DNA of 64,000 bases from Callorhinchus milii (GCF_018977255.1 NW_024704742.1:3224001-3288000), one strand, 5' to 3'. Counted from the stretch's first letter, positions 36,741-49,705 are shown. Notes: a model not told the origin generated them from the sequence alone. Translations and numbers: made by a program.

Positions 36741-38029
36741 TTGTTAGGGCATTGCAGAGTCTTTAATATTCATTAGGCAGGTGCTCTACCTGACCCCGGA
36801 CTGCTGAATAACACGAGTGATAAAATAAGTTCCCAAGCACTGAAGTTACGCTGAATAAGCATCTTAATAAGCATCAATTTCACCCCTTCTCCTCTCCCTC
36901 ACCACCACCCACCCCCCCCCCACCCCCCGCCCACACACACACACGCACGACTGTTTTATTGTTAGACGGGATTATGATGCCTGTGGAAATCACGCTCAAG
37001 GATATTCAAAGCAAATGGCGAGTTCCATGCATCCCACCTACGCACGGATACTGATACAAAGAAAGGAGTCTAAAAACATTCAGTGGTTTAGACCTTGTGT
37101 CACCACGTAGACAGTTCTGCCACTTCTCTCTATCTCTCCTTTCTCAAATACTTTAACCCTTTTGCGCAGGCAAGACAATAATAATTTTTGGCTCCATTTT
37201 AAAAACATGGGATCCTTTGAATAAGATAAATAAAATGCTTTAGCTGTATTGTACGAGGGCTGTTTGATCGTTTTCATTCAATTACTGTCTGTTATTAAAA
37301 AAATGATAGACCTTTGGGATATTTAATTCGTGTTACTTAGCTATAATAATGCCCTAAAATGTAACAGCATTTTATATATGTATACATATATAATTAGTTG
37401 CCGCAGTTAGTTAGGGGGAGAGNAAAAAAATGCTCGACTAAGAAACACAACGGTCTGAACGACTGCAAATTCAAATTAATTTTTTGCTGGCAAGATAATT
37501 GAGAAATTCTAATTTTTCCTTTGGCTGCTGGTCGTTTTCTCCTTTGCCGTCTTTACAAAGTCCGTGGCAGCATCTCCGTGGAGAATCAGTTACAATGGAA
37601 AATCCCTGCAACTCGCAATTTGCTGCCGACCTCTCACATCCAGCTTTTCTCAGCATTCATCAGCCTCTTGTTAGAGCCTATTCCAGCCAATAAAATAGAA
37701 ATCGAGAGCTGGGAGTGTTGCCATATGCAGAGCCATTAGGAACAGTCACTCCTCATTTCAAAGATTCAGTAAGGCACTGTAGTCAGTCAACCTGGCCAGA
37801 GAACAGAAGGAAAACACAAGTTTACATCAATTAGATTTGTGGCATTAACATTTTTATCCAATTATTCCCTAATTATGACCCTAATACTGATCTTTGAGGA
37901 AAAAAAACCTAACTGCAGTGTATCTGCCAGTGCCAAATGTGCTGTTTTCTAGGAATTACTTAGTTTTAAAGGGACACCACTTCTTGTTGAGTGACAACTT
38001 ATAACTACAAATGTCGACATGGGAAAATG

Positions 38030-38320
38030 AACGCCCGATTCAGCCTCTGCTCACTCTGCTTCATGACCCCTGTACTAACCCCCCCCCCCCACACCCCCCA
38101 ACCACATCCACCCCACCATGGTCGAGCGAGCTTTCAGCCATTCTGCCCCACTCTCTGGAACTCCATTCCAGAGCCCTTCTGACTCTCTCCTCTTTCTCTC
38201 GCTCTCTACGTTTAAAGCCTCTTCACTATTTTTCCTGACTCCTGAAGGCACCTCTGCCTTCCCCAGGACTGGCCACCCCTTCACTCGCTCGCCAAAGTGC
38301 CTGGACACTGAGTGTCAGGA
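38030..38320 (+). mobile_element. L2 3' fragment
   Basis: GAGCTTTCAGCCATTCTGCCCCACTCTCTGGAACTCCATTCC. Confidence 0.75.
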
Positions 38321-38599
38321 GCCACGTGGTAAATGGTAACGTTTTAACAGGGATAGAAAAGCAGCGAAAGGGATGAACGTACAAACATGGGAAGGCAAAT
38401 GGACAAAGTCTGTGAAGAAATCTAAGAGAGATGTTGAATATAAAAGTGAGGACGTGATGCTTAACCAACAGAAAGGGGAATCTTCCAGTGTCTCGGCCAA
38501 AGAAAACTGGTCATTAGTTTCACGGCTGTTTGTGCGTCATAGCTGTGCACAGATTGGCTGCTGCTCACCCGTACAAAGGCCTTAATAGAGTTCTTTAGT

Positions 38600-38992
38600 G
38601 TTTTGAGTTTTTTTCTTGTAGTCAATAAGGAGAAATCATTTTCATTGGTATCTAGCGAGTCAGTGACGAGAGAGCATCAGAATAAAACAGTTACTAAAGG
38701 ATCAAAATAGAAGAGAATTGTGAGGCTATGCAATGTCCTGCCGGGTGGCCGAGGTGGGATTCAATCGGGAACTAGATCGATATCTAAAGAGGAGTTCAGT
38801 AATAATAATAATAATAATAATAACCCTTGCATTTGTATATAGCACCTTATTACGTCATTGAGACGTCTCAAAGCGCTTTAAAGAATATAGTGTCAAATGA
38901 ATTAACTGTATATGATTGGGGAAGCAGATTTCCCGTTTAAAGCGCCAGTACGGACACGATGAGTAGCCTTCTCCTGCTCTGTAAATTTCTCT
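38600..38992 (+). mobile_element. CR1 3' fragment interrupted by a minus-strand SINE tail (38801-38915)
   Basis: GAGTCAGTGACGAGAGAGCATCAG...GTGAGGCTATGCAATGTCCTGCC, then (TAA)n plus SINE tail, then GGACACGATGAG...CCTTCTCCTGCTCTGTAAATTTCT. Confidence 0.7.
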
Positions 38993-39029
38993 GGTTTGTT
39001 GTTCGATGTGACTATAAGGGTTGACATTA

Positions 39030-39270
39030 CAGCTGAATGCAGTTGGTCCAGACTCATACTTTCCAGTGGAGGTCAGTGTACAGTGTGACGAGGAGGACCT
39101 GAGTAGATTTGTTTCTGTCTCCCATGTCCTGGAGCCCCGAGGTCAATTGTAACACTTTCAATTACCTCCGTGGGTGAGGCCCACTAACTCAGCGCACGAC
39201 AGACCTTTCGAACTGTTATCTTGACTGAGGTAATCTTGGAGATGAGTTTCATTTACCGCCGAGCACAAAT
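39030..39270 (-). mobile_element. Family C ancient SINE copy
   Basis: Reverse complement has TGCGCTGAGTTAGT...TTACAATTGACCTCGGGGCTCCAGG, matching the 19770 and 21695 copies. Confidence 0.5.
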
Positions 39271-39894
39271 CACTGGTGCGATATGAGCCGGACATTCAGT
39301 TGCATTTCCAGCCGTCTCAAAACGATCGGAGGGGGCATCAGAACTTCAAAACCTCACCAATAGCGGGACGAGACATCGGACTTGCTTTAATCCTCAGAAC
39401 ATTATCCAGCTCTTTGAGGAGCACTCCCAACTTCAAAAGCACTTGACGTCTGCAACCAATAATGACCTCCAAGGCATCTTGTTTACTGTGTCTTTCGCCC
39501 GCCAGAGGGACTGCTGCCGCACAGGGCTTAAGATTGTTTTGCCAGCAAAACCCGATAAAGAGGCGTATTTATTGAATTCATTTGAGCTTCGTTTCAGCAC
39601 CAGGCAGCCTCCGCTGACATTCTTTTATGCAGTTTCATGAAAAATGCAATGGGTTTTGAATCTAGTTTTATTAGGTCCTGTCAGCACGAGAGGCCCTTCC
39701 CCCCCTCCCCTCTGTGATTATATACAGTCGACGTATTGTAACACTGGGAAGCTCCTGAGAAAATCATCCACTTACCAACCGAAAATGTGACTGGGATCAA
39801 TGATTTCCAGCACGTCAGGAGAAGTGCCGTTCGGGAGGTCACAAGGACATCAGTTAGAAACGCCGAACACTCAAAGCAACACTGTTTGATAGCT

Positions 39895-40152
39895 GGAGGG
39901 TCCTGTGGTTGCGTTGGCGATTCGCGAGTTAGAATTAAATTCCACAATCGCGCATATCTCAGTCGGGACTTCCCGAAACACTGCACGGAATATATTGTAA
40001 AGCGGATTGACTGTATATTTTATATTTGTATTTTCGCCCACAAAATGCACCGACAATCTACTTTACAGTATATTCTGGGAAGTGTTTTGAGACGTCTCAA
40101 CGACATGAGAAGGCGCTATATCAAACGCGAGGATTATTATTTATTATTATTG
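39895..40152 (+). mobile_element. Deu-SINE remnant with duplicated tail region
   Basis: TCGCCCACAAAATGCAC...GAAGGCGCTATATCAAACGCGAGGATTATTAT. Confidence 0.7.
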
Positions 40153-40369
40153 GACAGGTCTACAGCATCTGCTTACATGCTGGAAAAAGCTCCCAACGCT
40201 GCCGTTAACTAATGCACTCTTACAAGCCTGAAGTTTTTAAACCCAGGCAGGCTCTTTTATGAGGCAGGTTAAGAGGCTGCTGAGCCACACTATTCACAAT
40301 ACATCCACCAGTGCTCGGAAAACATTCAGTAAGTCCCTAACTAGAAGCCGTCAATTTAAGTAGTTCGTA

Positions 40370-40615
40370 ACTGAGAAAATGGGGAAGTTAGGAGAATTTT
40401 TTCGAGCACAGATCAGTAAGGATATGGAAAGGGAGCGCGGTTGAGGCAGAGTCCATATTGGCCTTCAAGAGGGAACGAGACAAATACCTTAGAACGAGTC
40501 AGCTACGGGGGCATGGAAAAAGGACGTGCAAATGGGATTGAAAGGATTGCGCTTGAGGGACCTGGCACGGACAAGATGGGCTGGGTGGCTTTCTTCTGTG
40601 CCTTTAATTTCTAGG
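40370..40615 (+). mobile_element. Decayed CR1 3' fragment
   Basis: GTTAGGAGAATTTTTTC, GGTTGAGGCAGAGTCC...TTCAAGAGGGAAC and GATGGGCTGGGTGGC. Confidence 0.7.
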
Positions 40616-40874
40616 GTTGCATGGTTCTACTTCTTCTGTTGCCACGAAGGTGAGAAGATAGCTGTGCGTTGGCTTCCCACCGTTATTCACAGCGGTATTG
40701 ATAAGTGGTCTTGAAGAACAGGGTACTGCTGATCCACTGGGATACCGAGCGGGTGTCATCAGAGAAGGCCTCAGTTATTTCAATCAATGTGGCCTTTGCT
40801 GATCTAATCTTAGCAGGGGCAAGAGGTGGGGGGGGGGGCTTAGAATGACCTCAGGTGTAAGCTGCTGCCAGCAA

Positions 40875-40924
40875 CCTGTGAGCCTGTCAATATCTGCCCC
40901 CTGTGAGCCTGTCAATATCTGCCC
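40875..40924. repeat. Perfect 25-bp tandem duplication
   Basis: CCTGTGAGCCTGTCAATATCTGCCC occurs twice in tandem. Confidence 0.95.
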
Positions 40925-41844
40925 ACTGACCGATCAAACGAAACATGAAAGCTTTACAAGTATACCAAATGCACCAGCAAAAGCTTCCCTGTAAGATTTA
41001 ATGTCGGACGTCTGGTTACTGCTAAAAATAACGATCTCAGCAGAGTTCTTAGGAGGGAATAAGGGGTTAGCTGTATAAAATAGTCCGTCCTGCTTGAGTT
41101 CGAGGCAGTTGTCGATCTTTAGCTAATGTGAGCTTGCGAGAGTTGAGCCTTAAAAAAAAAACTGCTACTGATTTCTGCATCTCTCCTTGATGTCAGATTC
41201 AGACCGGCAATGCACCAAGTTACAAGGAGAGCTTTCAGTGGCCGATCGCTGCGGTTCTGTTCTGAAGGCAGAGCATTGCAAGGCTTTTCGAGGTGACGAT
41301 AAGGTGCACAGTCAGGAAACGTTAAACAGGGGCATAGCTCATGACAGGGCCAACCTTACTTGTGACCTGCACTTGGCTTACAAACTGTGTGTAAAATAAT
41401 AATAATAATACAATATACTAAATAGTAGAATAGAAATTAGAAAAAAAAATGTTCCATCAATTCCTATCTGTTCAACTGTATTTTCAGTCAGACCTGCTGT
41501 GATTATCGATGCAATCTTTTCCTGGCGTGCTTTCATGACTCTCTCCCAACAAAATTTCTTTCCGCTGTGTCTTAAACCTAGTGCGCTGCACGCACAGTGT
41601 GAACTGACAGCATGGTAGTGAACCCATTGAAGTACCCAGCCAGCCGCTGTTTAAGATGAGATTCACGCGAGCCCTTTTTTCTACACAGACTACGGATATC
41701 TTTACAATTCTGATGTATCGAAATGCCCACTGTTAAAAATTCCATTTGCCGTTACACCTTTGGGTGTTTGAGCCGCGGCTGCTGTTCCAGTATAAAATAG
41801 GGAAGGTGGGCTTCTCTAATGAGGTATTCTCCGATGAGGGTACA

Positions 41845-42128
41845 GATCTCTGCACATTCCTCGCTTCTCCACGCCAGCATCAGTGGTTGAGCCTTCAGTT
41901 TCCTGCCCCCTGAGCCTCTGGCTCCTTCCCTCCACTATTTCCTCTCTGTCTTGAAGTCCTGCCTCAAATCCTACCTTTTGGAACCCGCCAAAGGCCACCT
42001 CTCTCTCCCCCCCCCTCCCGTTCTCCCCCCTCTCCCTTGCTCAGTGTCTATCCCCATCCCCGTTAAGCACTCCGAGATGTTAACCTACTGAAGGCTCCTC
42101 TCTCTCTGTAAATGCAAATTGTTGTCGT
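41845..42128 (+). mobile_element. L2 3' fragment
   Basis: GGTTGAGCCTTCAG, CTCAAATCCTACCTTTT and tail TAAATGCAAATTGTTG. Confidence 0.75.
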
Positions 42129-42974
42129 TCGGTAGCAAGGAAGGTGCTCAGTTGACAGGGATTGATTTTATTGCCACTAGTGACCACATTTATTTCGTTA
42201 TTTTTCTCTCCAGCAATGTCGCCTGTCAACATCTTCCTCAGTCACCTTGTGCCTCGGCTATTTAAGACGTAGCAGTGTTATGTTGCTATGGAACGCAATC
42301 TCCCCATTACTAGTGCATTAACGGCACCGAGCTTTCAAGTTGTTAGTCACCTCTATCAACGATAATGCTAAATGGAGGAGACTTTGAAGCTAATCCTAAC
42401 CCACACTGTTGAGTGTGGCTTCAGAGGTGGCCCTGTGTATTGGAAGAAGCGATTGTTTTGCCAGGTTCATACGCTCCTGCCTTTTTGAAAAAGATACCGT
42501 TAACAAAGTAATTTAGTGCTTCAGGTATCCATGGCAATTGGTTTTATAGAGAAATGTTATTCAACGGGAAGAAAGAACACAGTGCAGAATCTCGCTTTCT
42601 AGCTGGAATTTAATTTAGTGGTTTGTTGATTTTTTTTCTCTCCCTATCTCTCTGAAGATATGATTTTCATGATAATTTCTGTGTGAAAAAAAAAACCTCT
42701 GGGGGAATATGAGATGAATCCTTACTGCAGCTTGCCAAGATACGATTCACGCGCCTGTGACTTTCCGGTCTGAGATGCGAAAATTGCACATCAGAAATTA
42801 AAAGAAGTTCTAATATCACTGTGCGTTGAATGAACAGTAAGCTCACAGATTGCCTCGTGCCGGCTTGTATCTGATCTGTATACCTAGAGGTCATCCCACC
42901 AACAGCGGGCAAGCTTTTAAGCCACTTTACTTACCCACATCCTGAAATCCCTCCGTTTCACCCCCTCCCCTCTC

Positions 42975-43278
42975 TGAGATGTGCCGTCCTGCAGATGAGA
43001 CATTAAAACCGAGGTCCTTTTCAGGTGGGCTTTAAAGATGCCGTGACAGTATTTGAAACCGCAAGAGAGTTTCTCCTGATTTTCCTGGCCAGCAATCTCC
43101 CAGATAAAATTGATCATTCGCTTCAAGGCAATTTTGGGGTCGTTGCTAGGTGCAAATTGGCTGTTCAGTTTTTCCTTTACACAGTTAGTACGCTGCACAG
43201 TAAATCCTGTCAAGCGCTTTGAGGCGTCCTCTTGGCACGAAAGGCACTGCATTAAACAGTAAAGATTATTTTATTATT
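42975..43278 (+). mobile_element. Family B SINE, 5'-truncated
   Basis: GTGCCGTCCTGCAGATGAGACATTAAAACCGAGG, Deu core and tail. Confidence 0.8.
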
Positions 43279-43644
43279 GATTGAAACACGTCTGAAGACC
43301 TATCTCGTTGATGGTGCCTTCGGCCGTCACATCCCTATATGACCGCAAATTGTCACCGCCAGCCAAACTGGGTGACCTCTCGCTGGTTTTCTTCTGCAAC
43401 TCATCCGAAGGCCAAAGGGGAAATGTTTGCGCAGGGGACGTTGGAATTCCTGCGGTATCTTGGCAATCACCAGGTAACTTGGGATATCCGACCGACATGA
43501 AAGGAGCTGTATAAATCAAGCACTCCGAGACGCCAACCAGCTTGAAGGGCGCTATATAAATGCAAGTTGTTGGAAATATAAATTTGTATTGTATTGTAAT
43601 CGGTGACATACCTGAGCAGATGTGTGTACGGATTATATATACTG

Positions 43645-43955
43645 TGGTAATAATAATAATAATGATAATAATAATCCTTGCATTTGATATAGCGCCATAT
43701 CACGTCGTTGAGACACCTCAAAGCGCTGCACAGGATTTACTGTAAAGTGGAGTGACTGTGTATATTGTGAGCAAGTCTTGGCAGCCAGTTGCACACAGCG
43801 ATGTCCCACAAACAGCCATGAATTGAGTGACCAATTTTATTTGGGGGGGTGGGGGGGTGGGTTTGTTGGCCAGGAGACCAGGTGAAGATCTCTTCTCTTC
43901 TCAAATAGCGCCATGGGATCTTTAACATCCACCTGAACAGGTAGACAGGACCTCG
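43645..43955 (-). mobile_element. Family B SINE, 5'-truncated
   Basis: (TAA)n tail, Deu core and GCCATGGGATCTTTAACATCCACCTGAACAGG. Confidence 0.85.
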
Positions 43956-44714
43956 GGCAGAGAAAAGCTGCAATAGTTTGTGAGGATGAAGAGCAGTGAG
44001 CTCCACTGTCTGTGCTTTTGGAGTCTGAAACACTTCTCATTAAGAGTAAACACATGTCTGTACAAACACCAACCACATCTACTCAAGCGGACTCCAGGTA
44101 GGCAGATGTAGTTAAAAGCTACATCAAATAAATTGATGTGAGCGTAGTACAGGGAAGGTTGAGATGGCTCTTTAGCACAGTGTGGATATTCAGCTTCGCC
44201 TTGGCTATAAATTGGAGATTTCAGCAGTGCCTGGGAATCAAAATCCAGTTAATAAACTCCAGCGGAGTCATTGAGGCGAGACTGAAAAATGCTGATCTCC
44301 TGTGATTCTGCATCGATTTAAGTTATTTCTTACGATATATCCATTGCTGTTTTTTTTTTCCATTATTTCCCTGATTGGGCTTTTAAATCAACACATGAGG
44401 TTCGCGAAAAAAAAACAATATAAATTTCAATTTCAATCTGGCCTGTTGTTTTTCTCAGGTTGGAGTCTTTCTTAAAGAAAACAAATATGTTTCTGGGTAA
44501 TATCATTTATTTTCAGTTTTGTTCCCTGAATGGATATTGCGGAGGAACCTCAATTGAACTTCACGATATCGGGGTAAGATTTTGCATCGTTCCAAAATAC
44601 ATTCCGTTCCTTAGTTACTGCCAGTGTCTAGTTTAGGAACGATAGTATTCCGATTTGCCTCCGGTCAGTATCTCTTCCATCTCTTCGGGTTCTCAGTTGT
44701 TGTGTCTTAGCCAA

Positions 44715-45295
44715 CAATCGCTCAAATAAAATTGGCCTTTCACTTCGCTGCTGTTTGTGGGACATTGCTTTTCACAAATTGACTGTCACAAAATACACAG
44801 TCACTGCACATTACGGTAGATCTTAAGAGACGTCAACCCGATTCTGCGAGACATTATGTCAAATGAAAGGAATACTATTCTCCTGCCACTTGCTATAAAA
44901 TATATTTTAAATTCAAGGTCTGATAAACTAGTGGATGGGCTAATTAGCCTGGAATCCTGCAGTTTAGGGGTTAGCAGGCTCGCCTTGCAAGCAAGAGGAC
45001 CCGGGTTGATTCCCCAGCAGGGCGAAACGTTAGGCAAGTTTCTTTCCTTCACTTGCCTCTGTTTACCCAGCAGTATGTAGAACCCGGTTCTTAGTCGATT
45101 TCTGTGGGTAATATCCCTTTCCCCTTATCACTCAATCCACAATTGTTCGTGGGATACAGTTGTGCGCAATTGGCTACCGTGTTTTCCCCACAAAGTACAC
45201 AGTCAATCACTGTGCAGCATATTCTGTGAAGCACTTTGAGACGTCTCAACAACATGATAATGCGCTGTAACAAATGTAAGGAGCGTTATTGATTA
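44715..45295 (+). mobile_element. Old Deu-SINE remnant (44715-44880) followed by a family A SINE (44950-45295)
   Basis: Two Deu cores; the second has a CTCGCCTTGCAAGCAAG tRNA head. Confidence 0.8.
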
Positions 45296-45854
45296 TCTTT
45301 CTCCTGTTTTCCTGAATCTTTCTGAAGATTGTTCCATTCTACCTCTGTTGCTGCTGTGGGTTAAGCTCTACGGTATTCCTCCCCTTTCAGCGAGGCTTAG
45401 GAAATTGGCCTTGTGGAGCTTGTAAATAACTGTAAAGCAATTTTAATACTATAATTTACTTCTACATTTATAATGGCAAGTTATTTATAATTTAAAATGA
45501 CATTAGTTATTTATAAGCTACCACTTTCCAATCAATGAGCCATATTATAGTGCATAAACGAAACAAACTGAAGCCAACCTTTCGGGATATGAAGTGTCGG
45601 AAAAGAAAGTGTGAAACCCGAGGACGTTGTCGTGTGTATGGAGGCAGAATGATGCCGTTTGGTATTGAATTTCAATGCTGTGTTCTTTGATTGTACGCGT
45701 CGAGGGTCTTTTCTATGAATGAAAACAAAATGAAAGTATCATAGGAGGAAGCCATTCAATGGACCCGGCCTCAACTGGCCTCATTAATACTGGGTGAAAC
45801 ACTTTGAGAGGTCCTCCCGATGTGTAAGGTGCTACATAAGTGTCAGTCCGGCAC

Positions 45855-46020
45855 AGTGAGGGGTAGGGGTGCACGTTTACCTCTGAGTCAGTAAGGTTGT
45901 GGGTTCTAAGCTCCACGTCAGGACTTTGAACTCATATAGTCCAGTTTGACCCGCCAGTGCAGTGCTGGGCGTGTGGAGCATTGTTGAAGGTGCCATCCTT
46001 CGGATGAGATGTTCACATGG
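45855..46020 (+). mobile_element. Family B SINE 5' half
   Basis: CCTCTGAGTCAGTAAGGTTGTGGGTTC...GGTGCCATCCTTCGGATGAGATGTT. Confidence 0.75.
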
Positions 46021-47214
46021 AAATGTTTTCATTACCTCTGCCAGTAACAATACTGAGCTTATTGACCCCACCGCCGATTTATGAGCAGAAGGAATAATCT
46101 TTTGTTTTCTTTCCTCTTAAAACCTTTCTCAATTCTAAAGGCTCTTATGTGGTTCTGATGCTTTTACTGTATAAAAGTATCCAGAACTGCACAAAGTACC
46201 TATTTGGAGTTCTCGAGTGGAGATTTGGAATGCTAAAATACTGTCTAACTTGGATTATTTGGTTAAAATTAAAGTGATATTTCACAAGGAACCAGTGAAC
46301 TGAAGTCTGGGCGGAGGAGGTTGGACTCAGTGTCAAGTTACTTATCAAGTTATATCAAGTGTCAAGTTATATTTTCATCTGAAAAATGTACACTGTTGAT
46401 CATTGTATTGCTAAACAATTCACCAAACGTTTTTTCTGATGAGTTGAGGGGAGGGGGAGGAATAAAAGACCGGCTTGAGAAATGGGATCGAAAGTGGGCT
46501 ATAATATACGACTGCAATCTCAGTATTTGCGCTAACTAAGAAAGAAAAAGGCTCCTAAATAAGATTGTTCACTTTGTGCTATACATTATGCTGTTTTCCT
46601 TGCAACTGACAGCAAATTGCTTACAGCAAAGACAGTTAGTGCTAATTGTCTTGCTTAAACAAACAGCGTAAGGGGAAAATGCGTTTTAGCATCTACCAGA
46701 ATCCATTATCGGCAGGCTGAAGGTACGCAGCCCTTAAGGAAGGAGATGTTGTTATTGATGGGTTTCATAGCTAAAGATCAAGGCGGCACAGAACTAGAGA
46801 CAATAATAGACTTGGTGGAGGAGCTTTTTAGCTGCTGGAAACAGAAGCTAACTGTACGACTTGCTGGATACTTCTACTTGTCCTTTCGACCGGCGCACAG
46901 GGCATGTGGAGGGACCCCAGGGAGTTTTTCCCTACCCCCCCCCCACCTCCCACCCCCCAGCCTTTTGCAGAACGTAGTGGACCCAATGTTAAAACGCAAT
47001 GGGCAGCACTGTGACACATGCTGTCTCACAGAAGTTGTAATATTTAATACCGATCAGGGCAGTCGTGCTCCCATCGCTGCACAAAAGCCACGTTCTCAAT
47101 CCTCGTTCATGAGCAGGAAATCCCATCGTAAACAAAACATTTGCCGAAATGCCGTATCCCTCTGCTGAGAGCGTCATTGTAGGATGCAGTGTATATTGGT
47201 GCATTTTAGGTTCA

Positions 47215-47410
47215 TAAGGATCCTCTCGCTCATTTTCAAATCACTTTGTGGCCTCGCACCTCCCTACCTATCTGACCTGTTTAAAACCCACTCCGTTCCC
47301 CCCCGCCGGCTCGTTGTCAGACCCCACCACTGTGAAGCGCTCCGGGACTCTACCCTGCGTGGAGGGCGCAATATGAATACAAGTTGTCATGGCCGTTTTT
47401 GTTGTTGTTA
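47215..47410 (+). mobile_element. L2 3' fragment
   Basis: Encodes ILSLIFKSLCGLAPPYLSDL, followed by tail. Confidence 0.8.
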
Positions 47411-47431
47411 AGATAAAGTGTTGCAATAATA

Positions 47432-47822
47432 CAGCCTGGCTCAGCACCCTCACCTCTTGAGTCAGAAGGTTGTGGGGTGGGACGCGGGGGGGGGGTGGTT
47501 AAACCCCACGATGGGACTTGGCACTCGTCTAATCCAAGCTGACACTCCAATGCAATGCTGGGGCTCTGCTGTGTTGTGCTGAGGTGCTGTACTTCGAATA
47601 AGCTCTTAAAACAAGGTCGTCTCTGTCCGTTCAGGTGGACGTTAAAGATCCCGCATCGCTATCCAAAAAGGAGAAGGGAGTTTCTCCAAGTGTCCAGGTC
47701 AACAGTCCCCCAATAAAATTAGTCATTCGCTTCATTGTTATGTGCAAACCAGCTGCCGTGTTTGCCTACAAATACACAGTCACTACACCTCGCAGTAAGT
47801 CCCGTGAAGTTCTTTGAAATGT
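47432..47822 (+). mobile_element. Family B SINE
   Basis: GCCTGGCTCAG...CCTCTTGAGTCAGAAGGTTGTGGG head and CAGGTGGACGTTAAAGATCCC body. Confidence 0.85.
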
Positions 47823-48624
47823 CAGGGTATATTTAATACCTTTGGTCTTATCACATTGTCAAAATGTCTCAAAAGATTTTACAGGATTTTCTGCGAAGTG
47901 GATTGATCTTATTTGTAGACAGTGTGCGTTTGCATGTGGCAATCTTAATTATTTCACTTTGTGTGCTAATTATTCTCTGGTCAGATACAGGAGTGCCTTT
48001 TTACCAACTGAGAACCCCAGGAATCATAACAAGGTCCCTTTGACCATTCACAATTAAACCGGTACAGACATATGTGGGTTTATTTTTACACCAGCAGTTA
48101 AACAAAGAGTATACACAATCACATTCACAGCAGAATAATTCATTCACTCACCGAGAGTACAGAGAAGTGCTTTGAAAAGGCGAGGATAATTTCACGTTGG
48201 TTATGCTCTGAATGTAAGCACAGTGACGCTTCAGGTTATGGCATTGCAGGAGAAAATCGGAGAATCAAGTCGTCTGTGAGTTAATAGCACTGTATAATGG
48301 TCATGTATTTTCTGTGGTCAATATAAGCCTTCGGCCATTAGCAAAAGTCTCCAGTTTAGTGTTGATGAGGTCTCAGTCGGGTTACAAATGACTGTGCTCA
48401 CCGATGCTACTGGACTGAAGATTGACTTCACTCAGTATTGATTGGACTGATGGAAATTCCAAAGTGGTGGACAGCAATAAAACATGATTGTATCCATTTT
48501 CCGCACGAGCCTGTTGGGCTTCTGTATTCTTCGATTCCGAGTGTTTCTGTGTTCTGGATTTGATGTGATGTGAAAACCTTTGCTGTCGGAGGCTGCAGCA
48601 CAGAAGAGGGCTTTTTCCTTAGAA

Positions 48625-48882
48625 CGACAACAACAAGATTTCATTTATAGAGCGCCTTTCACGGCGGGAGGACGTCCCAAGGCGCTGGACAGTTGGGTCG
48701 GGACCCGAGCAGTGGGGAAATGGTCAGGGTGAGGGGAGGGAAGGGAGGGAGCGAGGAGGGGGTAGAGAGTCGAGAGGGGAGCTGAAGGCTCGGTCAAAGA
48801 GAATGGTCTTGAGACCGGCCTTGAAGGAGGAAAGGGAGGAAGCGGCGAAGGCACTGGGGATGGAGTTCCAGAGCCTAGTTCC
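48625..48882 (-). mobile_element. L2 3' fragment
   Basis: Encodes RLWNSIPSAFAASSLSSFKAGLKTILFDRAF, followed by tail. Confidence 0.9.
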
Positions 48883-49479
48883 ATAAAATGAAGCAGAATC
48901 CAGTATCTCCAGCACATAAGGAAAAGGTCGAGCCTCGTAATGTTACAGAAACGTTTGAGGTGTTTGATGCACACGTCGTAGATTTCACAGTTTGAAAACT
49001 TGTCGTGTTTGCAAAGTCGGGTCTCGCGCTTCTCACGGAAGAGCTTCTCGATCTCAAAATGTTACCCTTAACCTCTGACCCTTCGTTTAATGGATTCCTG
49101 TACGGCGCAAACGGTGTCCGTATTTCTCATTTGTGTGTTGCTTTCGAGTGGATTTCCGTTTTAAAAAAGGAACTGAACCTTAGACTGAATGAACCCCTTA
49201 CATCTCTGTCAGGCATGGAGTTACTATAAGTAAAAGTAGGCTTCTCGTTCCTTGTATCCTCTGAGACCCATTTCTGCTTAGTGCTTTAGTTCCCTCACTC
49301 AAGTGAAAAAGAGTTGGGAATTCATTTCCTTCACTGACAAGTTAGTGGCTCTGGGCACAGACTGCTCACCAGGTGAGAGATAAAGTTCTTAAAACTCTTT
49401 ATTATAATGTGAAATGTGAACCAGATTCTGCTGTGTGACTCCCTGGAGAACTGTACTATTCGCTCTAAATTTCAACACC

Positions 49480-49705
49480 GGTTTAGATACCACATTTGGT
49501 GTCCGAGCCTTCAGCCACACGGTTCCTCCCTGCGTCAACCCCTTTATCTCTAAATCTCACCCGAAGGCCGACTTCTTTGACTGGGCCTATGGTCGTATCC
49601 TCCTCCCCCTTCTCTCTTGTTTGGTATCGAAATCTTCCATTGTGCAGCGCTCTGAGACGCCATCCTACGCGCAGGACACTGTATAAATGCAAGTTGCTGT
49701 TGTCG
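49480..49705 (+). mobile_element. L2 3' fragment
   Basis: Encodes TTFGVRAFSH; tail GTATAAATGCAAGTTGCTG. Confidence 0.75.

Noticed and set aside
37423-37423. Single N base
   Set aside because: Assembly ambiguity next to a poly-A run, not biology.
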